Source: a virus
Virus record (IMG/VR): IMGVR_UViG_3300017644_000080
Length of the DNA stretch: 64,000 bases
Reading direction: 5' to 3' (one strand)
The notes beneath the pieces are model-generated. The model ran no database searches. It was not told the DNA's origin and saw only the letters and a list, made by a program, of their open reading frames with translations. Numbering within the stretch: position 1 is the stretch's first letter; every line of letters begins with the position of its first letter. Positions 18,074 to 28,118 of the stretch are shown here, piece by piece. The position numbers and the translations under genes were made by a program.

Positions 18074-19738
18074 ATGAGAAAAATAAACAGGCCGCAACAA
18101 AAGGGATTTTTCATGAGCTTTCCAGTCCCAACCTCCATCTTGTATGGCCTCAAGCACGTGGATTTTGCCAAATCGCAAACCCATTATTCCTACTGGAAAA
18201 ATGATCCAGATAAGGAAATCAAGATCGATCTTTCGAAGTTGTCCGACGATGCGGTCTATGAGCTTTCTGCGGCCTTTAAGCAGGCTGACATCATGCGCAA
18301 CGTGCGGATGCTGGATTCGATCCTTGAAAGCCGCCTTGGAAAAAAGGATCAGACGGTAAGGGGGCTGGAAAGTCTCGTCGATCTCCTGAAGAGCTATCTG
18401 GAAGACGGTCAAATTAATAAATGGATTTTCCGCCGAGAAAAAGATGGCCAGCTTTACCCCTATCTCGTGACGAGAATCCAGATGTGCGACACTGAAAATT
18501 CCCGCCAGAAGGACAAGGAAGATCACTTCGTCGCCATGCGCATCGTCGCCTATGGGATTTCAGAAAGAAATGGAAAGATGGAGACCAAAACGGATACGAT
18601 TTCGTTTTATCGCCATCAGGTCTCCAATCGCAGAATTTCCAAAATCCTCTCTGATTCTGATCTGTTCAAGGAAACCAAGGAGCTGATCGCTGAGCACGAA
18701 GCTCAGGTGGCGCGCTACCGTGAGATTATCATGCCTGGATTCGCAAAACAGTTTGTAGCCAATGGCAGGACTGTAAGGATCGGATACGGTGGCAAGGACA
18801 TCACCCTGAACAAAGCTCGTGTCATCCATGACCTGTCGTCGAGCGATTTTGGCGCGTACAATGATATGATGGATGCCGAAACAAAGACCGATGACATCGG
18901 AGAATTTCCGTGCCCTATGCACCCAATGGTCAGGGTCTTCGATCTCGAAGGGCACGACTTCCATTGGATTAATGGCAGCTTGGTTGAGCCATACGTCTAC
19001 AAAGACCTGCTCAAGCATCTGGTTCTGCCAGAATCCCATCACGATCTTCTCGACATGCTGACCGACGATCTGACTGACTTCTCGCATGACTTTGTCGAAG
19101 GCAAAACCGCTGGCAACCTGATCATTTGCAAAGGCCCTCCCGGTGTCGGTAAGACTCTTACTGGCGAACTCTATTCCGAGCACAAGAAGGTTCCTCTGAT
19201 CGTGCTCAGGGCCGGAAAACTCGGTACCACGGTTGCGGAAGTCACCAAGGGTATGAAGCAATATCTGGAGTGGGCCGCAAGGTGGGGTTGCCCGCTACTC
19301 GTCAATGAATGCGACATCTACATCGCCAAACGCGGCGACAATATCAATCTGAATGCAATCGTCGCCGAAATGCTCCAACTGGTGGAATATTATCCAGGCC
19401 TTCTGTTCATGACGACCAACCGTCCCGACGATATCGACGATGCATTCGTCAGTCGCGCCTTGGCGATCATCGATTACGAGGCTCCGAAGGGTGATCTCGT
19501 TGCCGAAAGTTGGCGGCAGATTGCCTCCCTTCATGGGTTGAAAATGGATGGCAAGATGATCAAGAAGCTTCAGCAGCTCTTCCCGTCAATTGTCCCGCGC
19601 GACATGAAAATGCTGTTGAAGCTGGCCATGAAGAGGACTAAGCGCACAGGAGAAAAGATTTCGCCCGACCTGTTGCGCAAAATGGCCATGTTCCGTGCCA
19701 TCAAGATGTCCGAGAATGCCGCCGACTTGCTTAACTAA
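18074..19738 (+). CDS. AAA+ ATPase with ~340-aa N-terminal domain of unknown function (554 aa)
   Basis: Walker A ICKGPPGVGKT; Walker B LLVNECDIY; sensor-1 region FMTTNRPDDIDDAFVSR typical of classic-clade AAA proteins; divergent from the metallophosphoesterase at 17188-17997. Confidence 0.85.
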   Translation: MRKINRPQQKGFFMSFPVPTSILYGLKHVDFAKSQTHYSYWKNDPDKEIKIDLSKLSDDAVYELSAAFKQADIMRNVRMLDSILESRLGKKDQTVRGLESLVDLLKSYLEDGQINKWIFRREKDGQLYPYLVTRIQMCDTENSRQKDKEDHFVAMRIVAYGISERNGKMETKTDTISFYRHQVSNRRISKILSDSDLFKETKELIAEHEAQVARYREIIMPGFAKQFVANGRTVRIGYGGKDITLNKARVIHDLSSSDFGAYNDMMDAETKTDDIGEFPCPMHPMVRVFDLEGHDFHWINGSLVEPYVYKDLLKHLVLPESHHDLLDMLTDDLTDFSHDFVEGKTAGNLIICKGPPGVGKTLTGELYSEHKKVPLIVLRAGKLGTTVAEVTKGMKQYLEWAARWGCPLLVNECDIYIAKRGDNINLNAIVAEMLQLVEYYPGLLFMTTNRPDDIDDAFVSRALAIIDYEAPKGDLVAESWRQIASLHGLKMDGKMIKKLQQLFPSIVPRDMKMLLKLAMKRTKRTGEKISPDLLRKMAMFRAIKMSENAADLLN

Positions 19739-19761
19739 GCAGGCATTCACAAAGAGAATAC

Positions 19762-19797
19762 ATATCGGCCGTCAGCACAAATGTTGGCGGCCGATAT
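19762..19797. repeat. perfect 10-bp inverted repeat with 16-nt spacer (hairpin, possible terminator or regulatory site)
   Basis: ATATCGGCCG ... CGGCCGATAT located 24 nt after the AAA+ stop; T-tract downstream is weak. Confidence 0.5.
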
Positions 19798-19858
19798 TCG
19801 TAATAAATCGCAAATTTGTTTCTTTAATTCGAATTGACGACTGATTTTCGCTTGCGAA

Positions 19859-21127
19859 TTGATCCAGGAAAACGGTATTATAGAGCCTCAAATTATGAGG
19901 TTAAAATTGGCCAAGCTCCCAACTTTTAAGACGAAAGCCACAGACGTGCACGGAAATTTCGTCTGCGACATCAACATGGATGGTGTCCTTCTAAGTTTTG
20001 ATAGCCGACGCGCTCTTGTTGTGCTTGAAAAGTTGGCAAACGGACAGACTGATTACGGGCATCTACCCATCTACAAGGGTATGCCACGTCATCATCTTGA
20101 GGGCATCATCAATAGCGCCACTTCGGCTGATCTATACGAAAACGACCTTCATTCCGACGCAAAGACATTTTTTGAACAGATCGGCGGAAGCGCGGGTTTC
20201 CGCCAGTTTACTGAATTGAATAGTTACCGAGAGCGGCTGGAGAGGAAAAAAGACCGCATTTTCCGAGAAATGGTCGATGTCAACGCCGCCACTTTTGTGC
20301 TTGCTCCCGCATCCAAGAACGAGCTGCTTTATGACGCCTTCAGTGAAAAATTTGCCGATGTCGAGACCTTGCTTATGCAATACAGCATGCCCAAGGACAT
20401 CTTTGAAATGGGCGACAACGCCGACCGGCACAAAGCCTTTGAGAAATGGGTTCGAGAGAACGGACGCCCTTATGCGTGGGACACAATTCGCGATGACTGG
20501 AAGGGCCTTACAGTCGATGACGTTCTAGGTTGCTGGGATGATATCTTTGACGAAGACGATGAAGACGCAGACCCTTCGGACAGAAGCCTGCTCGCCGAAC
20601 TCATTTCAGAGGTGAAGGCCACCATCGAATGTCAACTCGATAGCGATCATTATGAAGATGCCTGTCACGACGTCGTGGATATCGATGGAATCGATGGCAT
20701 TGTCACGGCCTGGTTCGACGAAAAGGGCGACCTCAGACAGAACGACGACGGCAAACTGATGGCGGACCAGAACCTCAAGAATCGACTGGCGAATTGGGGC
20801 GAAAAGCAGTCCATCACATCATACCATCGAGATTCGAGCACGGTCGTGGGCTTGCATCCCGATGTGACCGAAGCTGAATGCAAACAGTTTCTGGAACGCG
20901 AATTCTCTGGCGTATGTATCGAAATCGACAAAGTCGAGAATATGTGGCGTTTGCCGCTTTCGGAAGGTGTGCAAGCGCTTGCTGAGAAGCTTGAGCCGCT
21001 CGGCATCTGGCTAACTAATGGGCCATATGACCAGAACTATCGGATCAGGTCGACACCAGCCGATCTGGATGCAGAGTTCCCAACCTTGGAGCTGGCCTTC
21101 GAATTCGCCCAGGAGCTTGTTCGATGA
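19859..21127 (+). CDS. acidic hypothetical protein (422 aa)
   Basis: First gene of a five-gene block with overlapping stops and starts; Asp/Glu-rich; no motif recognised. Confidence 0.5.
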   Translation: MIQENGIIEPQIMRLKLAKLPTFKTKATDVHGNFVCDINMDGVLLSFDSRRALVVLEKLANGQTDYGHLPIYKGMPRHHLEGIINSATSADLYENDLHSDAKTFFEQIGGSAGFRQFTELNSYRERLERKKDRIFREMVDVNAATFVLAPASKNELLYDAFSEKFADVETLLMQYSMPKDIFEMGDNADRHKAFEKWVRENGRPYAWDTIRDDWKGLTVDDVLGCWDDIFDEDDEDADPSDRSLLAELISEVKATIECQLDSDHYEDACHDVVDIDGIDGIVTAWFDEKGDLRQNDDGKLMADQNLKNRLANWGEKQSITSYHRDSSTVVGLHPDVTEAECKQFLEREFSGVCIEIDKVENMWRLPLSEGVQALAEKLEPLGIWLTNGPYDQNYRIRSTPADLDAEFPTLELAFEFAQELVR

Positions 21128-21747
21128 GCTTCAACCTCCTACCGATTGAAGAGCAGTTTCCCGCCCTCCTTGCGCATCTGGACACCTTGACCGACGAAAA
21201 CCATCCAGAGGAGATGCGGCCGAGCTATCTCAGAAGGCTTGTGATGGAAGCTAGCCATCGCCCCGACCTTCCACGCGACAAGATTTGTCGTTGGCTCGGC
21301 TACTCCTACGGCATCGTCACGGCGAGGCATCCGAACCTGAGCCGGATTTTCTCCTTCAATGAACCAAAGTTCGGCGAAGATTTTTCAGACCACCCCATCG
21401 TCAAGGCGTCACTCCAGGTCCTCGGCAACCTACAATCCACCATGCTACGCAGGCAAAAATTAATGGCTTCTGACGGAGATCGTCATGACAGTCATTACAC
21501 CGAAGACAATGACCATGTCTCGAATTTAATAGAAAAACTCATCGAAGACGCGATGCGCGATGCAAAATACATCGGCGTAAATGCTCTTAGTCTTCGCGTG
21601 GGATTTATTCAGGGCTATATGGTATCATACTATTTTCTCGATGTGAGCGAAGAACGGAATTTCACCAGACCCATCTTCCATAAAGCATACGAGGAACTTG
21701 GCATTCGTCCGCCCAAAAGCGTGGCGATCAGCAAACGGGAGGCGTAA
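21124..21747 (+). CDS. hypothetical protein (207 aa)
   Basis: Start overlaps the upstream stop (ATGA) and stop overlaps the next start (TAATG): translational coupling. Confidence 0.5.
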   Translation: MSFNLLPIEEQFPALLAHLDTLTDENHPEEMRPSYLRRLVMEASHRPDLPRDKICRWLGYSYGIVTARHPNLSRIFSFNEPKFGEDFSDHPIVKASLQVLGNLQSTMLRRQKLMASDGDRHDSHYTEDNDHVSNLIEKLIEDAMRDAKYIGVNALSLRVGFIQGYMVSYYFLDVSEERNFTRPIFHKAYEELGIRPPKSVAISKREA

Positions 21748-22283
21748 TGGTCGTGCTCGACGCAAAAGCAGTTCAATCTTCATGTGAGGCGGCGCTCTCG
21801 AATTATTCGAAATGGGCAAACTCGGGCTTTTGGGCCAGCTTTTTCCAAGTCGATCTGAACCTCGCCCAGGAAAAAATTGAGAAGCTTCCTAGCGTACACG
21901 TTCGAGAGCAGATGTGCATTTCCCTGATCTCGGGCATTGAAACAGTGACGTCAGCGGAAATGAATAGCCGCCTGAGCTACATGGAAGCCGTGCTCAAGGA
22001 TATGAGAGAACGGGAATTGTCCCTTCTTGAGCGCTATTTTGCTTTGCGACGGGACGGCCTAAGCGCACTCTTCCTGGCCGCCATCTCGATGATGCTGATC
22101 GTCTTCATGATCGGAATGCAGCAAGACGCATTTGCGATTGCCGTATCGACCGTACTCCTCGTCACTGCCATCGGGTGTTTCATGATGGGCAGGAAATCGT
22201 TCAAAAATAAGTATCTCAACATCAAGCGCGAAGCCGGAAATCCCGGCAACCGCCAACGTTTTATCCTATGGGGCCAATCTTAA
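21747..22283 (+). CDS. N-terminal soluble domain + C-terminal two-TM hairpin protein (178 aa)
   Basis: Two hydrophobic helices LSALFLAAISMMLIVFMIGM / AFAIAVSTVLLVTAIGCFMMG at the C-terminus; translationally coupled to neighbours. Confidence 0.5.
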   Translation: MVVLDAKAVQSSCEAALSNYSKWANSGFWASFFQVDLNLAQEKIEKLPSVHVREQMCISLISGIETVTSAEMNSRLSYMEAVLKDMRERELSLLERYFALRRDGLSALFLAAISMMLIVFMIGMQQDAFAIAVSTVLLVTAIGCFMMGRKSFKNKYLNIKREAGNPGNRQRFILWGQS

Positions 22284-22813
22284 TGTCCGACCAGAAACCA
22301 ACAGTAAACACCGCAGACAAGATACTGGCGGACCTCGTAGCGTTTTCAAAAATGGGGTTCTCTACAGGGTATTTCCGTATCGACCGAGACATCGATTCAG
22401 CTGCATTGCCGAGCGAAAGGCTGCGCCGACAATACCTCGAATATGAAGCCAAGCACGGCCGTAGCACCGACAGCTATGAGGAAATAGAGCAAAGGCACCA
22501 ATACGTTCATGATATTGTAGCCCAACTTGAAACTCGTGAACGCGATCTCGTTGAAAAATTCAAGAAGAGCAAAAGAAAGGGCACTGACGCCTTTTTTGGA
22601 ACAGTCGTATTGACGTTCCTGATCGCAATCGTTGCCACCCAGTTCTTCGACGAAGAGAAGGAAGCCGCGTCGGCCGCTCTCAATGTTTTGTCTGTGCTGC
22701 CAATAATCTACATTCCGACCTATATTTTCATGAAGGTTCGCGCTAAGAAGCTCTACGAAAAGGCCCATACCCTCAGCAACCTGAGCTGGGTGTTCCCATG
22801 GAGCAAGAAGTAG
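22268..22813 (+). CDS. N-terminal soluble domain + C-terminal two-TM hairpin protein (181 aa), architectural paralog of the previous gene
   Basis: C-terminal helices FFGTVVLTFLIAIVATQFF / ALNVLSVLPIIYIPTYIFM; 16-nt overlap with the upstream gene. Confidence 0.5.
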   Translation: MGPILMSDQKPTVNTADKILADLVAFSKMGFSTGYFRIDRDIDSAALPSERLRRQYLEYEAKHGRSTDSYEEIEQRHQYVHDIVAQLETRERDLVEKFKKSKRKGTDAFFGTVVLTFLIAIVATQFFDEEKEAASAALNVLSVLPIIYIPTYIFMKVRAKKLYEKAHTLSNLSWVFPWSKK

Positions 22814-23082
22814 GTCTACCGCGAGGATACGTGACCAAGACTGACCGAACGAAAGAAGGCGTGAAGCGGCGGGTTTCACGCTTCCGCGAACGCGAAAAAG
22901 AACGTCACCTTCAGATCGCCCTTGCAGCTGCGAGGCTAGTCCTGGGCAAAGACGTCGGAGACGCACGCAGGGCGCTCGCTGATTTCATCGACAAGCAATC
23001 CAAGCAAACAGACATTCCCGACGACTACGCGTCCACCCTGATGGATGCCGCCGACGCTTTGCGTTCGAAACGGCGACTCTGA
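22798..23082 (+). CDS. small basic hypothetical protein (94 aa)
   Basis: Arg/Lys-rich N-terminal half (possible nucleic-acid binding); overlaps the upstream gene by 16 nt. Confidence 0.4.
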   Translation: MEQEVGLPRGYVTKTDRTKEGVKRRVSRFREREKERHLQIALAAARLVLGKDVGDARRALADFIDKQSKQTDIPDDYASTLMDAADALRSKRRL

Positions 23083-23199
23083 AGTCCATATTTGCTTTTT
23101 GGGGATATTCACTGCACAGCAAATATGCGTCTTTTAGCAAATATCGTTTGAGCCATTGTCCATTGCGCTTTTCAACTCGTAAAATGGCCATGATCAAGA

Positions 23200-24432
23200 A
23201 TGGAAGGCCATCAAATGTATTTTCTCACCGATCTGCGTAAATTGATCGACAACAGAACTTCTGTGCCGGAAGTCCAGAATGTTTTGGACAATATCCTGAC
23301 GGTCGCGACCGAGAGCAGCAAAAACTTCTATCTTGATCCAAACGAAGCAAAGCTCGTCGACGATGTGATCGACTGGGTGATTGCCGAGGCTCACAGCGGT
23401 AAAGAGTGGCCGTATACCAAAGGACGCAATGGTCTTCCAACACGACTCCAGGGCATCACCTGTGTCGAGGATCTGCGCATGGCACTTGCTGTGGCAGAGG
23501 CCGAGAACGGCGGCCTGTTCACCCTTCCAGACATGCCGGACTACGAGGATTACGTAACAGGCTTTCCGGATGGCGCTCATGTCGTGCGTCTAACAGCGAA
23601 CGAAGCTTACCGCCGCGAGATCATGAACATGAACAGCAATATTCGGTTCTGGGGGATTTTCGACAAAGACGACCTTGAGAACGGTAAGCGCAGCTACTGG
23701 TCCATCAGGGATGCTGACGGACATGTGCTAGCGGGCATCGCCCTCAATCGCTTTGCAATTTGCTCAGTAGCGGGTTTTAACGGCGTTATTGTCGATGAGG
23801 AGATCGTCAACAACTACATCCGGCCGTTGATCGAGGAGTTCGACCTGAAGGCGATGGAGCCTCTTGCCGTTCCTCACCTTGTCATGGACGCCAATGGCGA
23901 TTTCCATGACATCTACAATCTTCCAGACGGAATCACAGTCCACGGAAACATGATCCTTTATGACAATTATCCCAAGATCGCGTCCCTTCCTGACAACATG
24001 ACTATTCAAGGGCAGTTTGTGATTAACAGGAACATAAATCTCAGATCAACTCCGAAAAATCTCGTGGCGACCGATGGAATTGGTTTCATCAAATGCCCAA
24101 ATTTGACCGAGATCGGAGAGGGCAACAGCTCTACCAATAATTACAGTTCCTTCGACGGCAGCCCAATCAAGGCAATAGGCAAAGACTGCTATTTCCCAGA
24201 GGGCGTGGTTATCAACGGACAGATGAGAAAGGATGCACCTCAGACGAGCCTTCTCAAAAAGATATCGGATGCCTTCCGCGCCAAGCCAGCTCGGCGCTCT
24301 TTGGTGGATATTATTCGTCAGGTCAACGAAGACGAAACCAAGCGCATTACGGCCATTCAGGACTACATGGACGATGAGCTGCAAACGCGCGATTTCCCAG
24401 GCATGGAACGCGAAAACACGTTAAGAATTTAA
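23200..24432 (+). CDS. hypothetical protein (410 aa)
   Basis: Long ORF 117 nt after the coupled block; the C-terminal half carries degenerate short repeats (LPDGITVHGNM / LPDNMTIQGQF / ...); no family recognised. Confidence 0.5.
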   Translation: MEGHQMYFLTDLRKLIDNRTSVPEVQNVLDNILTVATESSKNFYLDPNEAKLVDDVIDWVIAEAHSGKEWPYTKGRNGLPTRLQGITCVEDLRMALAVAEAENGGLFTLPDMPDYEDYVTGFPDGAHVVRLTANEAYRREIMNMNSNIRFWGIFDKDDLENGKRSYWSIRDADGHVLAGIALNRFAICSVAGFNGVIVDEEIVNNYIRPLIEEFDLKAMEPLAVPHLVMDANGDFHDIYNLPDGITVHGNMILYDNYPKIASLPDNMTIQGQFVINRNINLRSTPKNLVATDGIGFIKCPNLTEIGEGNSSTNNYSSFDGSPIKAIGKDCYFPEGVVINGQMRKDAPQTSLLKKISDAFRAKPARRSLVDIIRQVNEDETKRITAIQDYMDDELQTRDFPGMERENTLRI

Positions 24433-24453
24433 GCAGGAGTAATCCTGCCTAAC

Positions 24454-24819
24454 TCACTTTCCGAAGGTATCAATCAGGGCCTGACAACTCGCATCATGGT
24501 CGTTCTTCAACGAGTCCGCTCCACGCTCTTCGACCTGCAGGTTGTATTCAACCAACTTCTGGACCACAAAATTCTGAGCGTCTTGTTCGGAAATATTCAG
24601 GGTTGAAGCCTCGAACATGAACTCGTCTCCGAGAGTCGCCAGGACGTCTGCCGCAAATGGAGAAATGATGTTTTTTCCATCGAAACCATTCTTGATGGCT
24701 GTATATGCCATGCACTGGCCGAGCTTCTTGTATTGCGCGTCGTCAGCGGCACCGGCGACAGACGCTCCCGCAAGGAATGAAAAAGCGAAGGTAGACGCAA
24801 AAATCTTGGCGGTCTTCAT
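24454..24819 (-). CDS. small secreted protein (121 aa)
   Basis: Classical signal peptide MKTAKIFASTFAFSFLAGASVAGA followed by a hydrophilic domain. Confidence 0.5.
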   Translation of the reverse strand: MKTAKIFASTFAFSFLAGASVAGAADDAQYKKLGQCMAYTAIKNGFDGKNIISPFAADVLATLGDEFMFEASTLNISEQDAQNFVVQKLVEYNLQVEERGADSLKNDHDASCQALIDTFGK

Positions 24820-24963
24820 ATCGGAAAATCCTTATGTTTCCTATCATTTTAGCCATAAATCCTTAGCTTCAACAAGGGCGATGACGCTGATCTTCTTGAA
24901 ATAAAGGTAGACGGTCTTCATCCTAATAACTGGAGAAAACAAAACCCCGCCAAGGACATAATA

Positions 24964-25497
24964 ATGACTCCCTATGATGATATGAAAAGAAAATACGACA
25001 GCGATGAAATTGTGTCGCAGCTTTCAGCTCCAATGAAAAAGTGGGCTAAAATGGGTTTTATGCGAGGATTCGCTGGTCTAAGAACCGAAGCCCTCCCCAA
25101 GGGCAAAATGGTACTGCCCTCAGCCGCATTCAATGAATTAGCTCAACAAACCATCAAGGAGGGCAATCCTACTGATGAAGAAATCCAAATCAGGAAGGCA
25201 TATGTAGCCGAGGTCGATCAGAAGCTTAGAGAAATGCAGGGCGAAGCAATCAATCGCCATTTTAAATTCGCGGCCATCGGCCAGTCCGTCGACATCATGA
25301 TGGCTATCGCCATCCTAGCTCTGGTCATCGGCTTGATAGTTCGCGTTGGAGCATATCATCCTTTAACGATGAGCCTGATCCTCCTGATGGCCGTAAAGCT
25401 CTTATTTGTTCGCCATAGTGCAAAGCGCGTCCTCAATATCGCGCAAGCTGCCTTCAAATCGAAAGCGGATCAGATCCGCCTGCCTTGGATGGTCTGA
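24964..25497 (+). CDS. N-terminal soluble domain + C-terminal two-TM hairpin protein (177 aa); third member of this architecture
   Basis: C-terminal helices SVDIMMAIAILALVIGLIV / LTMSLILLMAVKLLFV; same layout as 21747-22283 and 22268-22813. Confidence 0.45.
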   Translation: MTPYDDMKRKYDSDEIVSQLSAPMKKWAKMGFMRGFAGLRTEALPKGKMVLPSAAFNELAQQTIKEGNPTDEEIQIRKAYVAEVDQKLREMQGEAINRHFKFAAIGQSVDIMMAIAILALVIGLIVRVGAYHPLTMSLILLMAVKLLFVRHSAKRVLNIAQAAFKSKADQIRLPWMV

Positions 25498-25514
25498 CAG
25501 GCGGATCGTTGGCT

Positions 25515-26552
25515 TCAAGCCCAAGGGCCTGCATTGGCCCTTGCAGGCATTACAGGCGCTGCGGACGGCGCTCTGGCACCCGCATAAGTCATAAGCGACT
25601 TCACCCGTTTATCGATGGTCGGATGCGTCGAAAACAGATCGCCAGCAAAAGACCGAGCATTATCGAAGAACATGCCCCTAACTTCATTCGGCACGCCTTG
25701 AACATCAGAGCGACCGGAAATCTTCAGAAGAGCCGACACCATCGCGTCAGGGTTCTTGGTCATCCGAACAGCCTCAAGATCGGCCATGTATTCGCGGGTT
25801 CGCGACAGGGCAAGCTGCGTCATGACGGAGAGCACGCGCGTGACGATCAAGATCGTAAAAGCGATCAGGATCAGGATCAAAATCGCGGCTAAGCCGCCAC
25901 CCTTGTCGTTACCGCTCTTCTTGCTCGATGACGTTGAGCCTAGGGCACGAACGAGAATGTCGCCATTCCTGAACAAGAACTCCATGATCAACGTGAAGAT
26001 GCCCACGAAGACGCTGGCGATCACCATCAGACGCACGTCACCATGCTTGATGTGAGCAAGCTCATGCGCAAGCACGCCTTCCAGTTCATCCTTGTTCAGC
26101 TTGCGCATCAGCCCACGCGTGACCGCGACCATGTACTGGCGCTTTGTAAGGCCGGAGGCGAAAGCATTCATCGCATCGGTTTCGATGATGCTGAGCCTCG
26201 GCATCGGCATGCCTTTGGTGATGCAAAGGTTCTCCAGCAGATTGTAGAGTTCTGGCTCCTGCTTGCGGGATACGGACCTCGCACCCATGGCAAGATTGAT
26301 CAGTCGCACGTTCAGGAAGAACGCAATCACGAACCAGACTCCGACACCCATTACGACATAAGGAATGGTTGGAGGCAGAGCGTAGATGCCAGCCTCCAAG
26401 GCTTCCATAACGGGCATTCCTGCAAGCCCCAACTGAACGATGAGACCTGCATAGACGATCAGGGCCACGAACACAGGGAACATGGCGAGAAGGAACATCG
26501 ACTTAATACCGTTGTTCCAGATTTGGGTCTGACTGCCCGTTCCTTGGATCAT
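25515..26552 (-). CDS. htpX: M48-family zinc metalloprotease HtpX-like (345 aa)
   Basis: HELAHIKHGD (HExxH) and EYMADLEA motifs, four TM segments, typical HtpX length. Confidence 0.9.
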   Translation of the reverse strand: MIQGTGSQTQIWNNGIKSMFLLAMFPVFVALIVYAGLIVQLGLAGMPVMEALEAGIYALPPTIPYVVMGVGVWFVIAFFLNVRLINLAMGARSVSRKQEPELYNLLENLCITKGMPMPRLSIIETDAMNAFASGLTKRQYMVAVTRGLMRKLNKDELEGVLAHELAHIKHGDVRLMVIASVFVGIFTLIMEFLFRNGDILVRALGSTSSSKKSGNDKGGGLAAILILILIAFTILIVTRVLSVMTQLALSRTREYMADLEAVRMTKNPDAMVSALLKISGRSDVQGVPNEVRGMFFDNARSFAGDLFSTHPTIDKRVKSLMTYAGARAPSAAPVMPARANAGPWA

Positions 26553-26577
26553 TCAACTAGAACCTCTCTGGACCTAA

Positions 26578-27141
26578 TCAGAACTGAACCGTAGGGGCGC
26601 GCTCTTCCTGCTGACGAGCTTCGTCGGTCAGGGTGAACATCGTTTCAGCCTTGAAGCCGAACGCCGAAGCGTAGAGGACGGCCGGGAACACTTCGATGGC
26701 GCTGTTATATTCAGCGACAGAGCCGTTCAGGAAGCGACGGGAAGCGGCAACCTTGTTCTCAATGTCGGAGAGTTCGCGCTGGAGATCGAGGAAGCTCTGG
26801 TTAGCCTTCAGGTCAGGATAGGCTTCAGCCACAGCAAACAGCTTGCCGAGAGCGGCAGTCATCATGCCTTCAGCCTGAGCAACACCACCTGGCGAAGTAG
26901 CACCATTGGCGGCTGCACGAGCCTTCAGAACGGCTTCGAGGGTATCCTTCTCGTGTGCAGCGTAGCCTTTGACAGTGTTGACCAGATTGCCGACCAGATC
27001 GCTACGAGCACGAATTTGAGCATCGATATCACTGGACGCCTGGCGAACGTTTTGGCGAAGGCGAACCAGACGATTGTAGCCGAAAATAAGAAACAGGCCG
27101 ATTACAGCCACGATAGCTAGCAAAATACCCAAAATTTCCAT
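26578..27141 (-). CDS. lemA: LemA-family protein (187 aa)
   Basis: N-terminal TM followed by the conserved LemA core (GYNRLVRLRQNV...); the classic LemA-HtpX gene pair. Confidence 0.85.
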   Translation of the reverse strand: MEILGILLAIVAVIGLFLIFGYNRLVRLRQNVRQASSDIDAQIRARSDLVGNLVNTVKGYAAHEKDTLEAVLKARAAANGATSPGGVAQAEGMMTAALGKLFAVAEAYPDLKANQSFLDLQRELSDIENKVAASRRFLNGSVAEYNSAIEVFPAVLYASAFGFKAETMFTLTDEARQQEERAPTVQF

Positions 27142-27569
27142 TCATTGCTCCTTTGTTTTCGAAATTCGAGTTTCACGAAGAAACCCACTTTCCCAATTTA
27201 ATTGGGCTTTATTATATGCAAGATCAAGAGTTTGCAACTCTTTTCCGATCAGATTTTCGAAATTATAAAAAGAGAAATCACCCGCAAAGGACGGCTAGCA
27301 AAATGGAATCATTCACAATAATGGAGAAAGCCATAAATTTATTGTGTTTACTGGAGATGCAGCTAGTGAAATTCCGAAGAGTTTTCCTTGGTCGCCACAA
27401 GGCCTAACACAGTGGCTTCATGCTATGAGATAGCGCTTGCGGCGACCAACCTCTTTATTGCGGACATATGCTCTCAACAGCTTATCGTTGATCACATACT
27501 TGCATGTGACAACCGCAGTTTGCGACATGCTAAAAATACGGCCATATTTCGATGGCAATAATTATTTAG

Positions 27570-28034
27570 GTGCTCACAATGCGTTTCAAAGAACTCGACC
27601 GCGAACCATTCCCAATCGAAGTGAACGAGGAAAATATCGCCTTAGCGAAGGAATTTCTGTTTGAAAAATGGGTCGAACGCCACAACGAGCGCGAAGAAGA
27701 AAATCGAAAGCTCGTGGGATCGACATGGCACCGCTCTGCCCCTACCGATCTATCGGATTCCTACAAGTTCAGCGCCCTATTTTCGAGCGTGGTGTTCGGT
27801 GGCGAGATCGCTGGGAATTATGACCACGTCTTCACGCTGGTCGATGACGAAGTCCTAGATCTCAATGAAGACGCGGCCGACGTCACTGCCTTGGATGATC
27901 CACACTATGAAGACGATGATTTCATCTATGGTGGAGACTTCAAGGAATCCATTAGCTCCTGCATCCCACGCGTTAGGCAATGGCTCGCCGATTTTGCTGC
28001 TGAACTTGATCTCAGAACAGGCCTGAAGATTTGA
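27570..28034 (+). CDS. acidic hypothetical protein (154 aa)
   Basis: ORF preceded by an AT-rich region; Asp/Glu-rich. Confidence 0.4.
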   Translation: MLTMRFKELDREPFPIEVNEENIALAKEFLFEKWVERHNEREEENRKLVGSTWHRSAPTDLSDSYKFSALFSSVVFGGEIAGNYDHVFTLVDDEVLDLNEDAADVTALDDPHYEDDDFIYGGDFKESISSCIPRVRQWLADFAAELDLRTGLKI

Positions 28035-28118
28035 GGAAACGTCTTAAATCCTACTGCCTCTTATGGTGTCGATGGATCGCCGGACAGGTACATATATAGC
28101 GACAACATTTCAGTTACG

